Shown: positions 9,130 through 19,577, counted from the stretch's first letter. The stretch is 32,004 nucleotides of DNA from Snowella sp. (GCA_035285545.1 JAYKGY010000088.1:1-32004); one strand, 5' to 3'. Numbers and translations are program-made. Notes: generated by a model not told the origin, from the sequence alone.

Positions 9130-10125
9130 GTGAAAATTCCTAGCAATATTCTGACTCTCATTGCGGGCATCGCCATTACCTTGATCAGCCTATGGTATGG
9201 TCAAAATCATGGATTAATGCCTGTTGCGGCATCGAGTGATGCCAAAGAAGTTGATAATGTTTTCAACTTAATGATGACTATCGCCACGGGGCTATTTTTG
9301 CTCGTTGAAGGCGTTATTATTTACTGTGTTATTCGCTTTCGTCGCCGTGAAGGGGATCAAACCGATGGCCCACCGATTGCGGGGAATGTCCCCTTAGAAA
9401 TTCTCTGGACAGCGATTCCGACGATTATTGTTTTTATTATAGCAGTTTATAGTTTTGAAATCTACAATAATTTAGGTGGCCTTGACCCCGTTGTGTCTGA
9501 AGATGCAGGGACTAAAATGGCTTCTGTCCACTCTGGCCATAACCATCAACATATGTTAGCAATGGCTCCGCGATCGCAGGTGGCGTTAGGAATTGGCTCT
9601 AATGTTGCAGACGAAAATGGTGGCGTTAAACCCTTGGTCGTAGATGTAAAAGGCATTCAGTACGCTTGGATTTTTAATTATCCTGAAACAGGAATTATTT
9701 CAGGTGAATTGCACGCGCCAGTTAATCGCCCCGTACAGTTAAACATTAGTGCAGGCGACGTAATTCATGCTGTTTGGATTCCCCAGTTACGCTTAAAACA
9801 GGATGCCATTCCTGGTCGGGATTCAACCCTCATTTTTACGGCCAGTGTTGAAGGTCAATATCCGATTATCTGTGCGGAACTTTGCGGCTCCTATCATGGC
9901 GGCATGAAATCCATGTTCTACGCCCAAAACGAAGATGACTTCAATCAATGGGTGAAAGACAATGCGCCTGCGAAACCCGAAGAAGCCAGTGAAGCGATCG
10001 CGCAACTTAATCCCGCTAATTTATCGGAAGGTGAATTTTTAGCCCCCTATGCTCAGGAAATGGGAATTGGATCGGCAACCTTAGCCCAACTCAAACCCGT
10101 TTCCCACACTCACGGTACACTGTAG
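9130..10125 (+). CDS. ctaC: aa3-type cytochrome c oxidase subunit II
   Basis: LEILWTAIP, QYAWIF, and CuA ligands in DVIH...CAELCGSYHGGM. GTG start. Confidence 0.97.
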   Translation: MKIPSNILTLIAGIAITLISLWYGQNHGLMPVAASSDAKEVDNVFNLMMTIATGLFLLVEGVIIYCVIRFRRREGDQTDGPPIAGNVPLEILWTAIPTIIVFIIAVYSFEIYNNLGGLDPVVSEDAGTKMASVHSGHNHQHMLAMAPRSQVALGIGSNVADENGGVKPLVVDVKGIQYAWIFNYPETGIISGELHAPVNRPVQLNISAGDVIHAVWIPQLRLKQDAIPGRDSTLIFTASVEGQYPIICAELCGSYHGGMKSMFYAQNEDDFNQWVKDNAPAKPEEASEAIAQLNPANLSEGEFLAPYAQEMGIGSATLAQLKPVSHTHGTL

Positions 10126-10178
10126 CTTTCGAGATACCGAGTTTTAAAGTTTTTTGATTTTTATCAGATTGAAATTAT

Positions 10179-11840
10179 ATGTCAACCGCCGAAGCGACTC
10201 TGACCAGTGTTCACCAAGAACGTAAATGGACTGATTACTTTACTTTTTGTACTGACCATAAAGTGATCGGCATCCAATATCTTGTTACTTCTTTTCTTTT
10301 CTTCTTTATCGGTGGTTCCTTTGCCGAAATTATGCGAACGGAACTGGCTACCCCCGACCCAGATATTGTTTCGCCTGAAGTTTACAACCAGTTAATGACC
10401 CTACATGGCACGATCATGATCTTTTTATGGATTGTGCCGGCGGGTGCGGCCTTTGCAAATTATCTGATTCCTCTGATGATTGGGGCGGAAGATATGGCAT
10501 TCCCCCGTTTAAATGCGGTTGCCTTCTGGTTAACGCCGCCTGGGGGAATTTTATTAATCTCTAGTTTCTTTGTCGGCGCGCCGCAATCTGGTTGGACTTC
10601 CTATCCCCCGTTAAGCCTTCTCAGTGGTAAGTGGGGGGAAGAAATTTGGATTTTGAGTGTTCTTTTAGTCGGGACTTCCTCGATTTTGGGGGCGATTAAC
10701 TTCGTCACTACCATCCTGAAAATGCGGATTCCTGACATGGATATCCACAGTATGCCGCTCTTTTGTTGGGCGATGTTGGCGACTTCTTCTTTAATCCTAC
10801 TCTCTACCCCTGTGCTGGCAGCCGCGTTAATTCTGTTGTCCTTTGATTTAATTGCGGGAACAAGCTTTTTTAATCCCACAGGGGGCGGTGATCCCGTAGT
10901 TTATCAACACTTGTTCTGGTTTTATTCCCATCCCGCCGTTTACATTATGATTTTGCCCTTTTTTGGGGTCATTTCTGAAGTCATTCCTGTCCATGCCCGT
11001 AAACCGATTTTTGGTTATCGCGCGATCGCCTATTCCAGTTTGGCAATTAGTTTCTTAGGGTTAATTGTCTGGGCCCACCACATGTTTACCAGTGGAACCC
11101 CAGGCTGGTTACGGATGTTCTTTATGGCAACCACCATGATCATTGCCGTTCCGACGGGAATTAAGATTTTCAGTTGGTGCGGAACGCTGTGGGGCGGAAA
11201 GATTAGTTTAAATTCGGCCATGTTGTTCGCGATCGGCTTTTTAGCCTCGTTTTTAATTGGAGGCTTAACAGGAGTGATGGTGGCTTCAGTTCCCTTTGAT
11301 ATCCACGTTCACGATACCTATTTCGTCGTCGGTCATTTCCATTACGTGTTGTTTGGGGGAAGTGCCTTAGCCCTATTTGCTGCTTTTTATCATTGGTTCC
11401 CGAAAATGACTGGGCGTATGGTTAATGAAAATTTAGGTCGCCTACATTTTGCTTTGACCTTCATTGGTTTGAACCTGACTTTTATGCCCATGCACGAATT
11501 GGGATTATTAGGCATGAATCGGCGCATTGCTCTTTATGATGCTGTTTTTCAGCCGCTGAACCAGTTAAGTACGTTGGGGGCTTATATTATGGGAATTTCT
11601 ACCCTTCCCTTTGTAATTAACGTAATCTGGAGTTTATGGAAGGGAGAAAAAGCCTCCCGTAATCCTTGGCGTGCCTTAACCTTAGAGTGGCAAACCGCCT
11701 CGCCCCCGATTATTGAAAACTTTGAAGAAGAACCCGTCCTCTGGTCTGGGCCCTACGACTTCGGAATTGATTCAGAAGCTGTTGATGCGGATGAAACCGT
11801 TGAAGAGATGCTGGCAGAAGTTGGAGCCGAGTCTCGTTAA
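10179..11840 (+). CDS. ctaD: Cytochrome c oxidase subunit I
   Basis: DHKVIG, HGTIM, WFYSHPAVYI, WAHHMF and HFHYV supply the heme/CuB ligands. Confidence 0.98.
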   Translation: MSTAEATLTSVHQERKWTDYFTFCTDHKVIGIQYLVTSFLFFFIGGSFAEIMRTELATPDPDIVSPEVYNQLMTLHGTIMIFLWIVPAGAAFANYLIPLMIGAEDMAFPRLNAVAFWLTPPGGILLISSFFVGAPQSGWTSYPPLSLLSGKWGEEIWILSVLLVGTSSILGAINFVTTILKMRIPDMDIHSMPLFCWAMLATSSLILLSTPVLAAALILLSFDLIAGTSFFNPTGGGDPVVYQHLFWFYSHPAVYIMILPFFGVISEVIPVHARKPIFGYRAIAYSSLAISFLGLIVWAHHMFTSGTPGWLRMFFMATTMIIAVPTGIKIFSWCGTLWGGKISLNSAMLFAIGFLASFLIGGLTGVMVASVPFDIHVHDTYFVVGHFHYVLFGGSALALFAAFYHWFPKMTGRMVNENLGRLHFALTFIGLNLTFMPMHELGLLGMNRRIALYDAVFQPLNQLSTLGAYIMGISTLPFVINVIWSLWKGEKASRNPWRALTLEWQTASPPIIENFEEEPVLWSGPYDFGIDSEAVDADETVEEMLAEVGAESR

Positions 11841-11931
11841 TGATTTTTAGGATTGGTGGTTGAAGGCGATTTGACTTAATCACCAATCTTGTTGTATTTA
11901 CTAAACCTCATTTATTCATTATTTAATCATC

Positions 11932-12543
11932 ATGAGTTCCGCTACCCAATCTGCTAACCTGACAACGGCCTACGCCCAAGAAGCCTCAACCCATCACGGC
12001 CATCCCGATTACCGAATGTTTGGGATGGTGATGTTTTTAATCGCAGAAAGTGCTATTTTTTTAGGGCTTTTTACTGCCTATCTCATCTATCGCAGCATGT
12101 CGCCTGTTTGGCCCCCTGAAGGAACCCCTGAGCGAGAATTATTACTCCCTGCGGTTAACAGTGTCATCCTAATTGCCAGTAGCTTTGTGATGCACCAGGG
12201 ACAGACGGCGATTAGAAAGAATGATGTAAAAGGATTACAACTCTGGCTCGGAATTACTGCGGTGATGGGCGCAATCTTTTTAGCGGGGCAATTGTATGAA
12301 TATTTTCATCTTGAGATGGGCTTGACGACTAATTTATTTTCGAGTTGTTTCTATGTTTTAACAGGCTTTCACGGTTTACACGTTACCTTTGGCTTGATGC
12401 TGATTCTTTCGGTTTTGTGGCGATCGCGGGAACAGGGGCATTATTCCAGTACCTCCCATTTTGGTGTCGAAGCGGCAGAGCTTTATTGGCACTTTGTAGA
12501 TGTAGTCTGGATTATTCTCTTTATTTTGGTTTACTTACTGTAA
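11932..12543 (+). CDS. ctaE: Cytochrome c oxidase subunit III
   Basis: Motifs FLIAES, NSVILIASS, FYVLTGFHGLHV, YWHFVDVVW. Confidence 0.97.
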   Translation: MSSATQSANLTTAYAQEASTHHGHPDYRMFGMVMFLIAESAIFLGLFTAYLIYRSMSPVWPPEGTPERELLLPAVNSVILIASSFVMHQGQTAIRKNDVKGLQLWLGITAVMGAIFLAGQLYEYFHLEMGLTTNLFSSCFYVLTGFHGLHVTFGLMLILSVLWRSREQGHYSSTSHFGVEAAELYWHFVDVVWIILFILVYLL

Positions 12544-12602
12544 GTTTTGTTGACCCCCTCTGCTCAATGTAATAGGGCTGAAAAATAGTAAATCTCAAGA
12601 AA

Positions 12603-12635
12603 AAAGGAGGAAGATAGTGATTTATCCCCTCCTTT
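12603..12635. terminator. Putative terminator between the convergent ctaE and ugd genes
   Basis: AAAGGAGG...CCTCCTTT stem with inner GATA/TATC pairing. The A-run on the left gives a U-tract for the - strand. Confidence 0.6.
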
Positions 12636-12662
12636 CTGTTTCATGGCTTATATCGAGTCAAT

Positions 12663-14036
12663 TTATCGACCGATACCGATATAACGGAAACCTTGTTCCT
12701 CGATCATGGTTCGATTTAAGATATTGCGACCGTCAATAATCACCGGATTAGCCATTAAGGGGCCCATTTTGGCGTAATCCAAGTAAAGAAATTCTTGCCA
12801 TTCTGTGACGATAACCAGGGCATCACAGCCATCGGCTAAACGGATAGGATCGGTTTCAATCACAACGTTTGATAAGCCATGACTTAAGCCAGAAGCCGAC
12901 ACAATAGGATCATAGGCTTTGACTTTTGCCCCTAATCGATTAAGTTGTTCAATGATATTTAAAGCCGGTGCGTCTCGCATATCATCGGTATCGGGTTTAA
13001 AAGTTAATCCCAATAAACCAATGACTTTGCCTTTGAGGATCTTCAGTTCCTGTTGTAGTTTTTCGATAATGATGACTCGTTGACGGGAATTGACATTCAC
13101 CGCCGCATTGAGCAATTCCGTTGTATAGCCGTAATCTGAAGCCGTATGAATCAAAGCAGAGACATCTTTTGGGAAACAGGAGCCTCCCCAACCAATCCCC
13201 GCATTTAAAAACTTATTACCAATACGGGAATCTAAACCAATTCCTTTGGCAACTTGTAGAACATCGGCTCCAACGCGATCGCAAATATTGGCCACTTCAT
13301 TAACGAAACTAATCTTGGTCGCCAGAAATGCATTAGCCGCATATTTGATCATTTCCGCCGAACTCAAGTCTGTTACGACTACAGGAACAGGTGGTAAGCT
13401 CGGATCTTCGGCAAATTTTCGTTCCACAATAGGCTGATAAAGTTCCTGCATCATCGCGATCGCGGTTTCACTGTTTCCGCCCAAGACAATGCGATCAGGA
13501 TTAAAAGTATCGTAAACGGCTGAGCCTTCCCGTAAAAATTCAGGATTACTGATCACATCGAAATTGGCAGTGATTGACACTGATTCGCTGACTTCTTGAT
13601 CAGCTTTTTGACGCTCTGCCAAACCATCTAAAACAATGCGTCTGACCCAATCCCCCGAACCAATGGGAACCGTTGATTTATTGACAATAACCCGAAATTC
13701 ACTATCAAGATGGGCACCAATCCCACGGGCTACCGCTTCAACATAACGAGTATCACTTTCTCCTGTGGGCAAGGGAGGAGTTCCTACTGCAATAAAAAGA
13801 ATTTCTCCGTGCTTTACTCCTAAGGCTAAATCTGAGGTAAATTCTAATCGTTTAGCCTCGATGGCAGACTGCATCAACTCTGATAGTCCTGGTTCGTAGA
13901 TGGGGGATTGACCCGACTTCATCAACTTCACCTTTTCTTCGTTGTTATCCACACAGATCACCTGATGCCCAATATGAGCCAGACAAACCCCTGTAACTAA
14001 ACCAACGTAGCCTGTTCCAATAACACAAACTCGCAT
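12663..14036 (-). CDS. ugd: UDP-glucose 6-dehydrogenase
   Basis: Rossmann motif GTGYVG, IAVGTP, NKSTVP, SNPEFLREG, KYAANAFLA, GGSCFPKD (catalytic Cys), FKPDTDDMR. Confidence 0.96.
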   Translation of the reverse strand: MRVCVIGTGYVGLVTGVCLAHIGHQVICVDNNEEKVKLMKSGQSPIYEPGLSELMQSAIEAKRLEFTSDLALGVKHGEILFIAVGTPPLPTGESDTRYVEAVARGIGAHLDSEFRVIVNKSTVPIGSGDWVRRIVLDGLAERQKADQEVSESVSITANFDVISNPEFLREGSAVYDTFNPDRIVLGGNSETAIAMMQELYQPIVERKFAEDPSLPPVPVVVTDLSSAEMIKYAANAFLATKISFVNEVANICDRVGADVLQVAKGIGLDSRIGNKFLNAGIGWGGSCFPKDVSALIHTASDYGYTTELLNAAVNVNSRQRVIIIEKLQQELKILKGKVIGLLGLTFKPDTDDMRDAPALNIIEQLNRLGAKVKAYDPIVSASGLSHGLSNVVIETDPIRLADGCDALVIVTEWQEFLYLDYAKMGPLMANPVIIDGRNILNRTMIEEQGFRYIGIGR

Positions 14037-14131
14037 TCAATTTCCTCCCCTAATTATTGAAAAATTTATACCACTATACCGATAACAATGTAGATTGAAT
14101 TGTTCACGCCTATCAAAGCATTCCCAAAGTC

Positions 14132-15064
14132 CTAAGACTGTTTAACACGAGCTTTAAAATCGGCAATCGTCATCTCTAACCCTTGTTTTAAGGGAATGGT
14201 TGGCTCCCAATTTAAATAGGTTTGGGCACGGGTAATGTCTGGTTGACGTTGCTTGGGATCATCTTCGGGTAAGGGTTGATAAACGAGTTCTAATCCTGGG
14301 TTAATCATGCCTTGAATTATTTGGGCGAGTTCTAAAATGGTATATTCGCCTGGATTCCCTAAATTAACAGGGCCAGGATAATCGCCATTCATCAAACGCA
14401 TTAATCCCTCTACTAAATCGGACACATAGCAAAAACTACGGGTTTGGGAGCCATCCCCATAGACCGTCAAAGGTTCACCTTTTAAGGATTGAACAATAAA
14501 ATTACTCACGACTCGGCCATCTTGCTCTTGCATACGTGGCCCATAGGTATTGAAAATACGTGCAACCCGAATATCAACTTTATGCTCACGGTAGTATTCA
14601 AAGGCTAATGTTTCTGCCACCCGTTTACCTTCGTCGTAGCAAGAACGCGGCCCAATACAGTTAACATTGCCCCGATAATCTTCACTTTGGGGATGGACAT
14701 CGGGATCACCATAAACTTCTGACGTAGAAGCGAGTAAAAATCTGGCCTTAACCCGTTTTGCTAACCCCAACATATTCAGGGTTCCCATCACATTGGTTTT
14801 AATCGTCTTAACGGGATTAAATTGATAGTGAACAGGGGAGGCGGGGCAGGCTAAATGATAAACCTGATCTACCTCTAAGCGAATGGGTTCGGTAATATCA
14901 TGGCGAATTAATTCAAAGGCAGGATCATCAAGCCATTTAAGAATATTTTGTTTGCTACCCGTATAAAAATTATCCAAACATAGGACTTCATGACCTTGGG
15001 TCATTAAGCGGTCAATTAAGTGAGAGCCGATAAAACCAGCACCACCTGTAACTAAAATTCTCAT
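14132..15064 (-). CDS. uxs: UDP-glucuronate decarboxylase (UDP-xylose synthase), extended SDR family
   Basis: Motifs [66 protein letters not shown]. Confidence 0.92.
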   Translation of the reverse strand: MRILVTGGAGFIGSHLIDRLMTQGHEVLCLDNFYTGSKQNILKWLDDPAFELIRHDITEPIRLEVDQVYHLACPASPVHYQFNPVKTIKTNVMGTLNMLGLAKRVKARFLLASTSEVYGDPDVHPQSEDYRGNVNCIGPRSCYDEGKRVAETLAFEYYREHKVDIRVARIFNTYGPRMQEQDGRVVSNFIVQSLKGEPLTVYGDGSQTRSFCYVSDLVEGLMRLMNGDYPGPVNLGNPGEYTILELAQIIQGMINPGLELVYQPLPEDDPKQRQPDITRAQTYLNWEPTIPLKQGLEMTIADFKARVKQS

Positions 15065-15187
15065 TGTTAAAAACAGCTCTTGGTAAATTTAATAGTTATA
15101 AGTACTTAATCCTAAAATACCGTGAGATCAACTTTTTGGATAAATTTTTAGGGTACTTTTTGCTGAAATCCTATCAAGGCTAGATTT

Positions 15188-16384
15188 TTAGTAAACTCTT
15201 CCTCGCCATTGTTTCGGTTTTTGTAAAGCGGATAAAATAATTCGCACAACTGCAACCGGATCAGCAAAGGGAGAGAACCAAAAACTCAAGGTGGCTAGTG
15301 ATTTTTTAGCACGATAATAGGAGGGATAAACGGCGATTAATAGGGCAAAACGGATAGTTACTAAAAGTAAATTTAGGAAAATCGCGATTTTTAGTGTCAG
15401 AAACCCATAACTGAGATTAGAACAAAGTTCTAACAAAATAATCAGCACTAAAGGTAAACCTTGCACCAACGTTAATAAAATCACATCCCCCCAGAGTTGG
15501 GCAACAGACGACGCATCTTTTAAATCCAGCGATCGCCCCCATTCTTTCCAGGTTTCTGCCATCCCTTCATACATCCGTACCCGAATCACCTTTGCACCAT
15601 CAAAAAAGCCAACCCGATAACCTTGTTGAGCGACATAACGAGCAAGGGTGACATCATCACAAAAAGAACCAGCCGCAATTTTATAACCGTCTAATTTTTC
15701 TAAAACGGAACGGCGACAGAGAAAACATTGCCCATTCGCCATCACCCGTTCAGGAGCTTGATCACGAACCCCAGCAGAGTCAAAGCGATATAAAAGGGTC
15801 ATTAATAATGCAGGCTGTAACCACCATTCCCCCACAGATTGCAGAATAAACTGGGGAGATAAGGATAACAAGTCATAGCCTTCGCTTTCGGCTGCTTTGA
15901 CCAAACTAGCAACCAATCCAGGTTGAGGTTGGGTGTCCGCATCAATCCCCAAAAACCACTCACTCTCGGTCGAAGTCCGCCAAAACCCATAATTCAAGGC
16001 CCAAGGTCTGCCTACCCAGCCGTTGGGTAAGGGATTATCCGTGAGTAATTGAAAGCGGGAATCCTTTTGGGTCATTTGTTGTACCCGTTCCCGCGTTCCA
16101 TCTTGGGAATTACTATCTACGATGAGAATTTCCCTGACTTCCTCGGTTTGTCGATGTAATCCTTCTAAACAAGGATCGATCCGTTCCACTTCATTAAGGG
16201 TAGGGACGACAACGCTGACTTTACCCACCAAATCGGGCGTACAATTTGCAGGTAACAAAGGCGGATGACGAAAAGCCCCTTTGATTAAACGAGATAACAG
16301 AATAAATGTAGCTGGAACTTGGGTCACTAACAGGAAAAAACAGACCAAGCCCAGCCAGAAGCTAAAAGAACCACTCACAATCAT
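15188..16384 (-). CDS. cruG: Myxoxanthophyll 2'-O-glycosyltransferase (GT2 family)
   Basis: GT2 motifs VVVPTLNE, DSNSQDGT, GWVGRPWAL, IDADT, MANGQC, FCDDVTLAR, QWRGRVY. It overlaps the cruF stop by 1 nt (TAATG). Confidence 0.9.
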   Translation of the reverse strand: MIVSGSFSFWLGLVCFFLLVTQVPATFILLSRLIKGAFRHPPLLPANCTPDLVGKVSVVVPTLNEVERIDPCLEGLHRQTEEVREILIVDSNSQDGTRERVQQMTQKDSRFQLLTDNPLPNGWVGRPWALNYGFWRTSTESEWFLGIDADTQPQPGLVASLVKAAESEGYDLLSLSPQFILQSVGEWWLQPALLMTLLYRFDSAGVRDQAPERVMANGQCFLCRRSVLEKLDGYKIAAGSFCDDVTLARYVAQQGYRVGFFDGAKVIRVRMYEGMAETWKEWGRSLDLKDASSVAQLWGDVILLTLVQGLPLVLIILLELCSNLSYGFLTLKIAIFLNLLLVTIRFALLIAVYPSYYRAKKSLATLSFWFSPFADPVAVVRIILSALQKPKQWRGRVY

Positions 16385-17295
16385 TATTTAACTGCTGCTA
16401 AGTCAGTTTTATCTCGTTTTATCACCCCTTTTAAGCGTTCAAAGGCAATCGATCGCGATTCAGGGAATGCCATACGATAAAAGATATAGGCAGGAGCAAC
16501 CCCTAAGAGAATTCCTAAGAAAATCGGTGGATAAATTCCAGCCCCTAAGCTCATTACCGTTGCAAACCCAAAGTTACTCAAGTAAATCGCAAAGGGTAAT
16601 CCAGGCTGTTCTTCAGGTAAATTTAAGGGTTTTAAACGCCAGATTAAACTAGCAACCGTCATAAATACGGCTCCTGTGCCAAACCAACCCGCAAAATTTT
16701 GATAGGGCATTCCAAAAAATGCACCAGGCTGATCCCAAACCCAAAAGGGTAAGGTTGTTTGACTCATAGCTGGATCGAGTACAAAATCCCAGGACATTAA
16801 TAACAAAGCACCAAAGGCGATCGCGCCTAATTCTTTCACCCAAGTCGGTAAATTCTTTTTATCTAATCCCATACGCGCAATGAGATAGGCACTAAATCCT
16901 AAATAAAACCAAGATAACGGAATGGTAAAAGGCACTAAACCCGAAATTTTGTATCCTAATCCCGTTAAATAACGATAATGCCCAAAGGGAAAACCCGTAC
17001 TCGTTCCTAGTAATTCGCTCGACAAGGAAATCGCGATCGCGGGAATCATAAACCCTAACCAATGCCACAGCCCCAAGGAACGATAGGCATAGACCGCAAC
17101 TGCTGCCGTTCCTAATAACATATACATCACACCACCGCCAGCCATTGACCAGGCAAAAGCAGTCTTTCCAATATCCGGTAAATTGGCAATAAAATCAGCA
17201 TGGGGGAGAACCAACAGTAAGCCAGCTAACCCAAACGCCATTGAGGAAATATGGCCAATCAGCAGGAAGCGTTCAATCGAGAGGAGTCTATTCAT
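16384..17295 (-). CDS. cruF: Gamma-carotene 1'-hydroxylase (carotenoid 1',2'-hydratase)
   Basis: SELLGTSTGFPFGHY.Y...LG.KI.GLVPFTIPLSWF, WDFVLDPAM and GMPYQNFAGW; paired with cruG. Confidence 0.92.
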   Translation of the reverse strand: MNRLLSIERFLLIGHISSMAFGLAGLLLVLPHADFIANLPDIGKTAFAWSMAGGGVMYMLLGTAAVAVYAYRSLGLWHWLGFMIPAIAISLSSELLGTSTGFPFGHYRYLTGLGYKISGLVPFTIPLSWFYLGFSAYLIARMGLDKKNLPTWVKELGAIAFGALLLMSWDFVLDPAMSQTTLPFWVWDQPGAFFGMPYQNFAGWFGTGAVFMTVASLIWRLKPLNLPEEQPGLPFAIYLSNFGFATVMSLGAGIYPPIFLGILLGVAPAYIFYRMAFPESRSIAFERLKGVIKRDKTDLAAVK

Positions 17296-17338
17296 TTAGC
17301 TTAAGGAAAACCCAAAAAATTAATTGACTAGTTTATAG

Positions 17339-17356
17339 TTTACAAATCTTTACGAA
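17339..17356 (-). promoter_or_regulatory. HLR1-like direct repeat upstream of cruF
   Basis: The + strand reads TTTACAAA-TC-TTTACGAA, 43 nt before the cruF ATG, with the same orientation and spacer as the hliD site. Confidence 0.6.
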
Positions 17357-17459
17357 GAAAAAAATAAAAATCACAAAAAACTTGTCTTCTGTTAAAAATG
17401 CGTCAGAGAGAGAAAATAACCGCTAAGATAATGGCAGTAGGCAAACCTCCCAGAAGATT

Positions 17460-18683
17460 ATGACTCCCGTGACAGATCCTTCCAGCATTCTTATCCGTCC
17501 GGTACAGTATCGGGACTTAGAAAATATTGACAGCTTAACATCAAATCTCCCTAAAGCTGAACAACGGGTAACAGAATTCAGTTTGACAGAACAATTGCGG
17601 CAAGCTCGATCCTGGTATGGTTTGCTCAAATTTTTAAGTTATTTTCCCAATCCCTTTCAGCATCGTTTTTCGGGTTACGTCGCCGAGTGGGAAGCAACTG
17701 GTCAGATCGGCGGTTTTGTACAAGTTGCCCCTTTTAACAGTAGTCGTAGTACCTGGCGGGTAGAACGAGTCTTGATTGAAGAATTTGCCATCCAACCGGA
17801 TTTAGTCACCGATCCTAATGGTATTGGTTCCCAGCTATTGCGCTTCTGCTTTGAACGGATTTGGGAAGCGCGGACGTGGCTATTGGAAATCGATATCGAA
17901 GAAAAGAATTTACTCGCCCTCTATCGGCAAAATGGCTTTCAACCCTTGGCCCAGATGACCTATTGGTCGTTACCCCCAGAACTCTTGGCGCAATTAGCCG
18001 AAAATGACCCTGATCTGCCTAATTTATTACCTGTTAGCAATGCGGATGCCCAATTACTCTATCAATTGGATTGTGTTTCCATGCCGCCCCTGATGCGTCA
18101 AGTGTTTGACCGTCATACCCAGGATTTTAAATCCCGCTTTGTTCTTTCCCTGATTAATAAAGTTCAGCATTGGTGTTTGCAACGGGATGTCGTCAGTGGC
18201 TATGTCTTTGAACCTCAGCGCAAAGCGGCGATCGGTTATTTTAAATTAATTTTATCTAAGGATGGTTCCCGTCCCCATCAAGCCGAATTAACGGTTCATC
18301 CTGCCTACACCTGGCTCTATCCTAAGTTATTGTTTCAAATGGCCCGTTTAGTCCAGGATTTGCCTGATCAATCGTTAGAGCTAGTGTCAGCAGATTATCA
18401 GCACGAACGCGAAGAATATTTAGGGCAGTTAGGGGCGCAACGTATTGAGCATACCCTCTTAATGTCGCGATCGGTTTGGCATAAATTGAAAGAAACCAAA
18501 CTGGAAAAACTGCAATTATCCGAAATGTTACAAAGTTTTCAACCGATTCCGAGAACACCGATTCCCAGCCGCATTACCTGGTTTAAACTATCGGATTCAA
18601 TGGATAATCAATCCCAGCCTGCTAGTAATGATAATTCTTTAGAAGGTAAATCAGATTTACCTAACAAAGGACAACAAACCTAA
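17460..18683 (+). CDS. Cyanobacterial GNAT-fold N-acetyltransferase-like protein
   Basis: IRPVQYRDL near the start, GIGSQLL (acetyl-CoA binding motif A-like) and ALYRQNGF; lies upstream of ruvX. Confidence 0.8.
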   Translation: MTPVTDPSSILIRPVQYRDLENIDSLTSNLPKAEQRVTEFSLTEQLRQARSWYGLLKFLSYFPNPFQHRFSGYVAEWEATGQIGGFVQVAPFNSSRSTWRVERVLIEEFAIQPDLVTDPNGIGSQLLRFCFERIWEARTWLLEIDIEEKNLLALYRQNGFQPLAQMTYWSLPPELLAQLAENDPDLPNLLPVSNADAQLLYQLDCVSMPPLMRQVFDRHTQDFKSRFVLSLINKVQHWCLQRDVVSGYVFEPQRKAAIGYFKLILSKDGSRPHQAELTVHPAYTWLYPKLLFQMARLVQDLPDQSLELVSADYQHEREEYLGQLGAQRIEHTLLMSRSVWHKLKETKLEKLQLSEMLQSFQPIPRTPIPSRITWFKLSDSMDNQSQPASNDNSLEGKSDLPNKGQQT

Positions 18684-18712
18684 TCATTAAACTCATTTTT
18701 AAGCAATCATCA

Positions 18713-19162
18713 ATGGAGCGAGTGGCAGCTTTAGGGCTAGATGTGGGGAGAAAACGAATTGGTGTAGCCGGTTGTGATGGGACGGGGTTAATTGCAGCAG
18801 GGATCACGACCATTCATCGCACTTCTTTTGAAGCGGATCTTCAGCAAATTCAAGCTCTCATTGCACTACGCGAAGTCACTGTTCTCGTGGTGGGGTTACC
18901 CTATAACCTGGATGGCAGTATTGGCTTCCAAGCGAAACAGGTACAAAAATTTAGCGATCGCCTACAAAAAGCCTTACAGTTACCCATTGAATTTGTAGAT
19001 GAACGATTAACCTCAGTCGAAGCTGAGAACCAATTAAAAGAACAAAAGCGATTTTCGAGTTATAACAAAGGCTTGATTGACCAACAAGCTGCCCAAATTA
19101 TTTTGCAACAATGGTTAGATCAACGACGGAGTGTAAAGCATGACGACTCAAACACTGTATGA
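18713..19162 (+). CDS. ruvX: YqgF/RuvX RNase H-fold nuclease (pre-16S rRNA processing, putative Holliday junction resolvase)
   Basis: Motifs LGLDVGRKRIGVA, VVGLP, VDERLTSVEA, IDQQAAQIILQQWLD. Confidence 0.95.
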   Translation: MERVAALGLDVGRKRIGVAGCDGTGLIAAGITTIHRTSFEADLQQIQALIALREVTVLVVGLPYNLDGSIGFQAKQVQKFSDRLQKALQLPIEFVDERLTSVEAENQLKEQKRFSSYNKGLIDQQAAQIILQQWLDQRRSVKHDDSNTV

Positions 19163-19577
19163 AAAAGACTTTAATCTTTGGATAGAGCAAACGATTAATC
19201 AGCTAAAAAATGGAGATCTCTCAAACTTAGACCGAGAAAATTTGATAGAAGAAATTCAGTCGATGGGAAATAGTGACAAACGGGAAGCTTTCAGCCGTCT
19301 TAAAGTATTACTGATGCATTTGCTTAAGTGGAAATATCAACCCCAAAAACGAACCGCTAGTTGGTTGAATACTATTGATGAACAGAGAGAGCAATTAGAA
19401 TTAATTCTTAAAGATAGCCCCAGTTTAAAGCCGTATTTCCATGCAATTTTGTCAGAATGTTATCAAAAAGCCATTCGCGCGGCTGTGAATGAAACCAATC
19501 TTCCCCGAAAAATTTTTCCTATAGAATGCCCCTTTACTCCAGAGGAAATTCTTGATGATAACTATTTTCCTGAGTAA
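19140..19577 (+). CDS. DUF29 family protein
   Basis: LYEKDFNLW, LDRENLIEEI.SMG.S, LLMHLLKWKYQP, SW..TI..QR, DSPSLK, FP.ECPFT.E.ILD are DUF29 signatures. Confidence 0.93.
   Translation: MTTQTLYEKDFNLWIEQTINQLKNGDLSNLDRENLIEEIQSMGNSDKREAFSRLKVLLMHLLKWKYQPQKRTASWLNTIDEQREQLELILKDSPSLKPYFHAILSECYQKAIRAAVNETNLPRKIFPIECPFTPEEILDDNYFPE

Noticed and set aside
9520..9560. His-rich insert HSGHNHQHM in CtaC
   Set aside because: It lies in the variable loop typical of cyanobacterial subunit II, so it is not evidence of a new function by itself.
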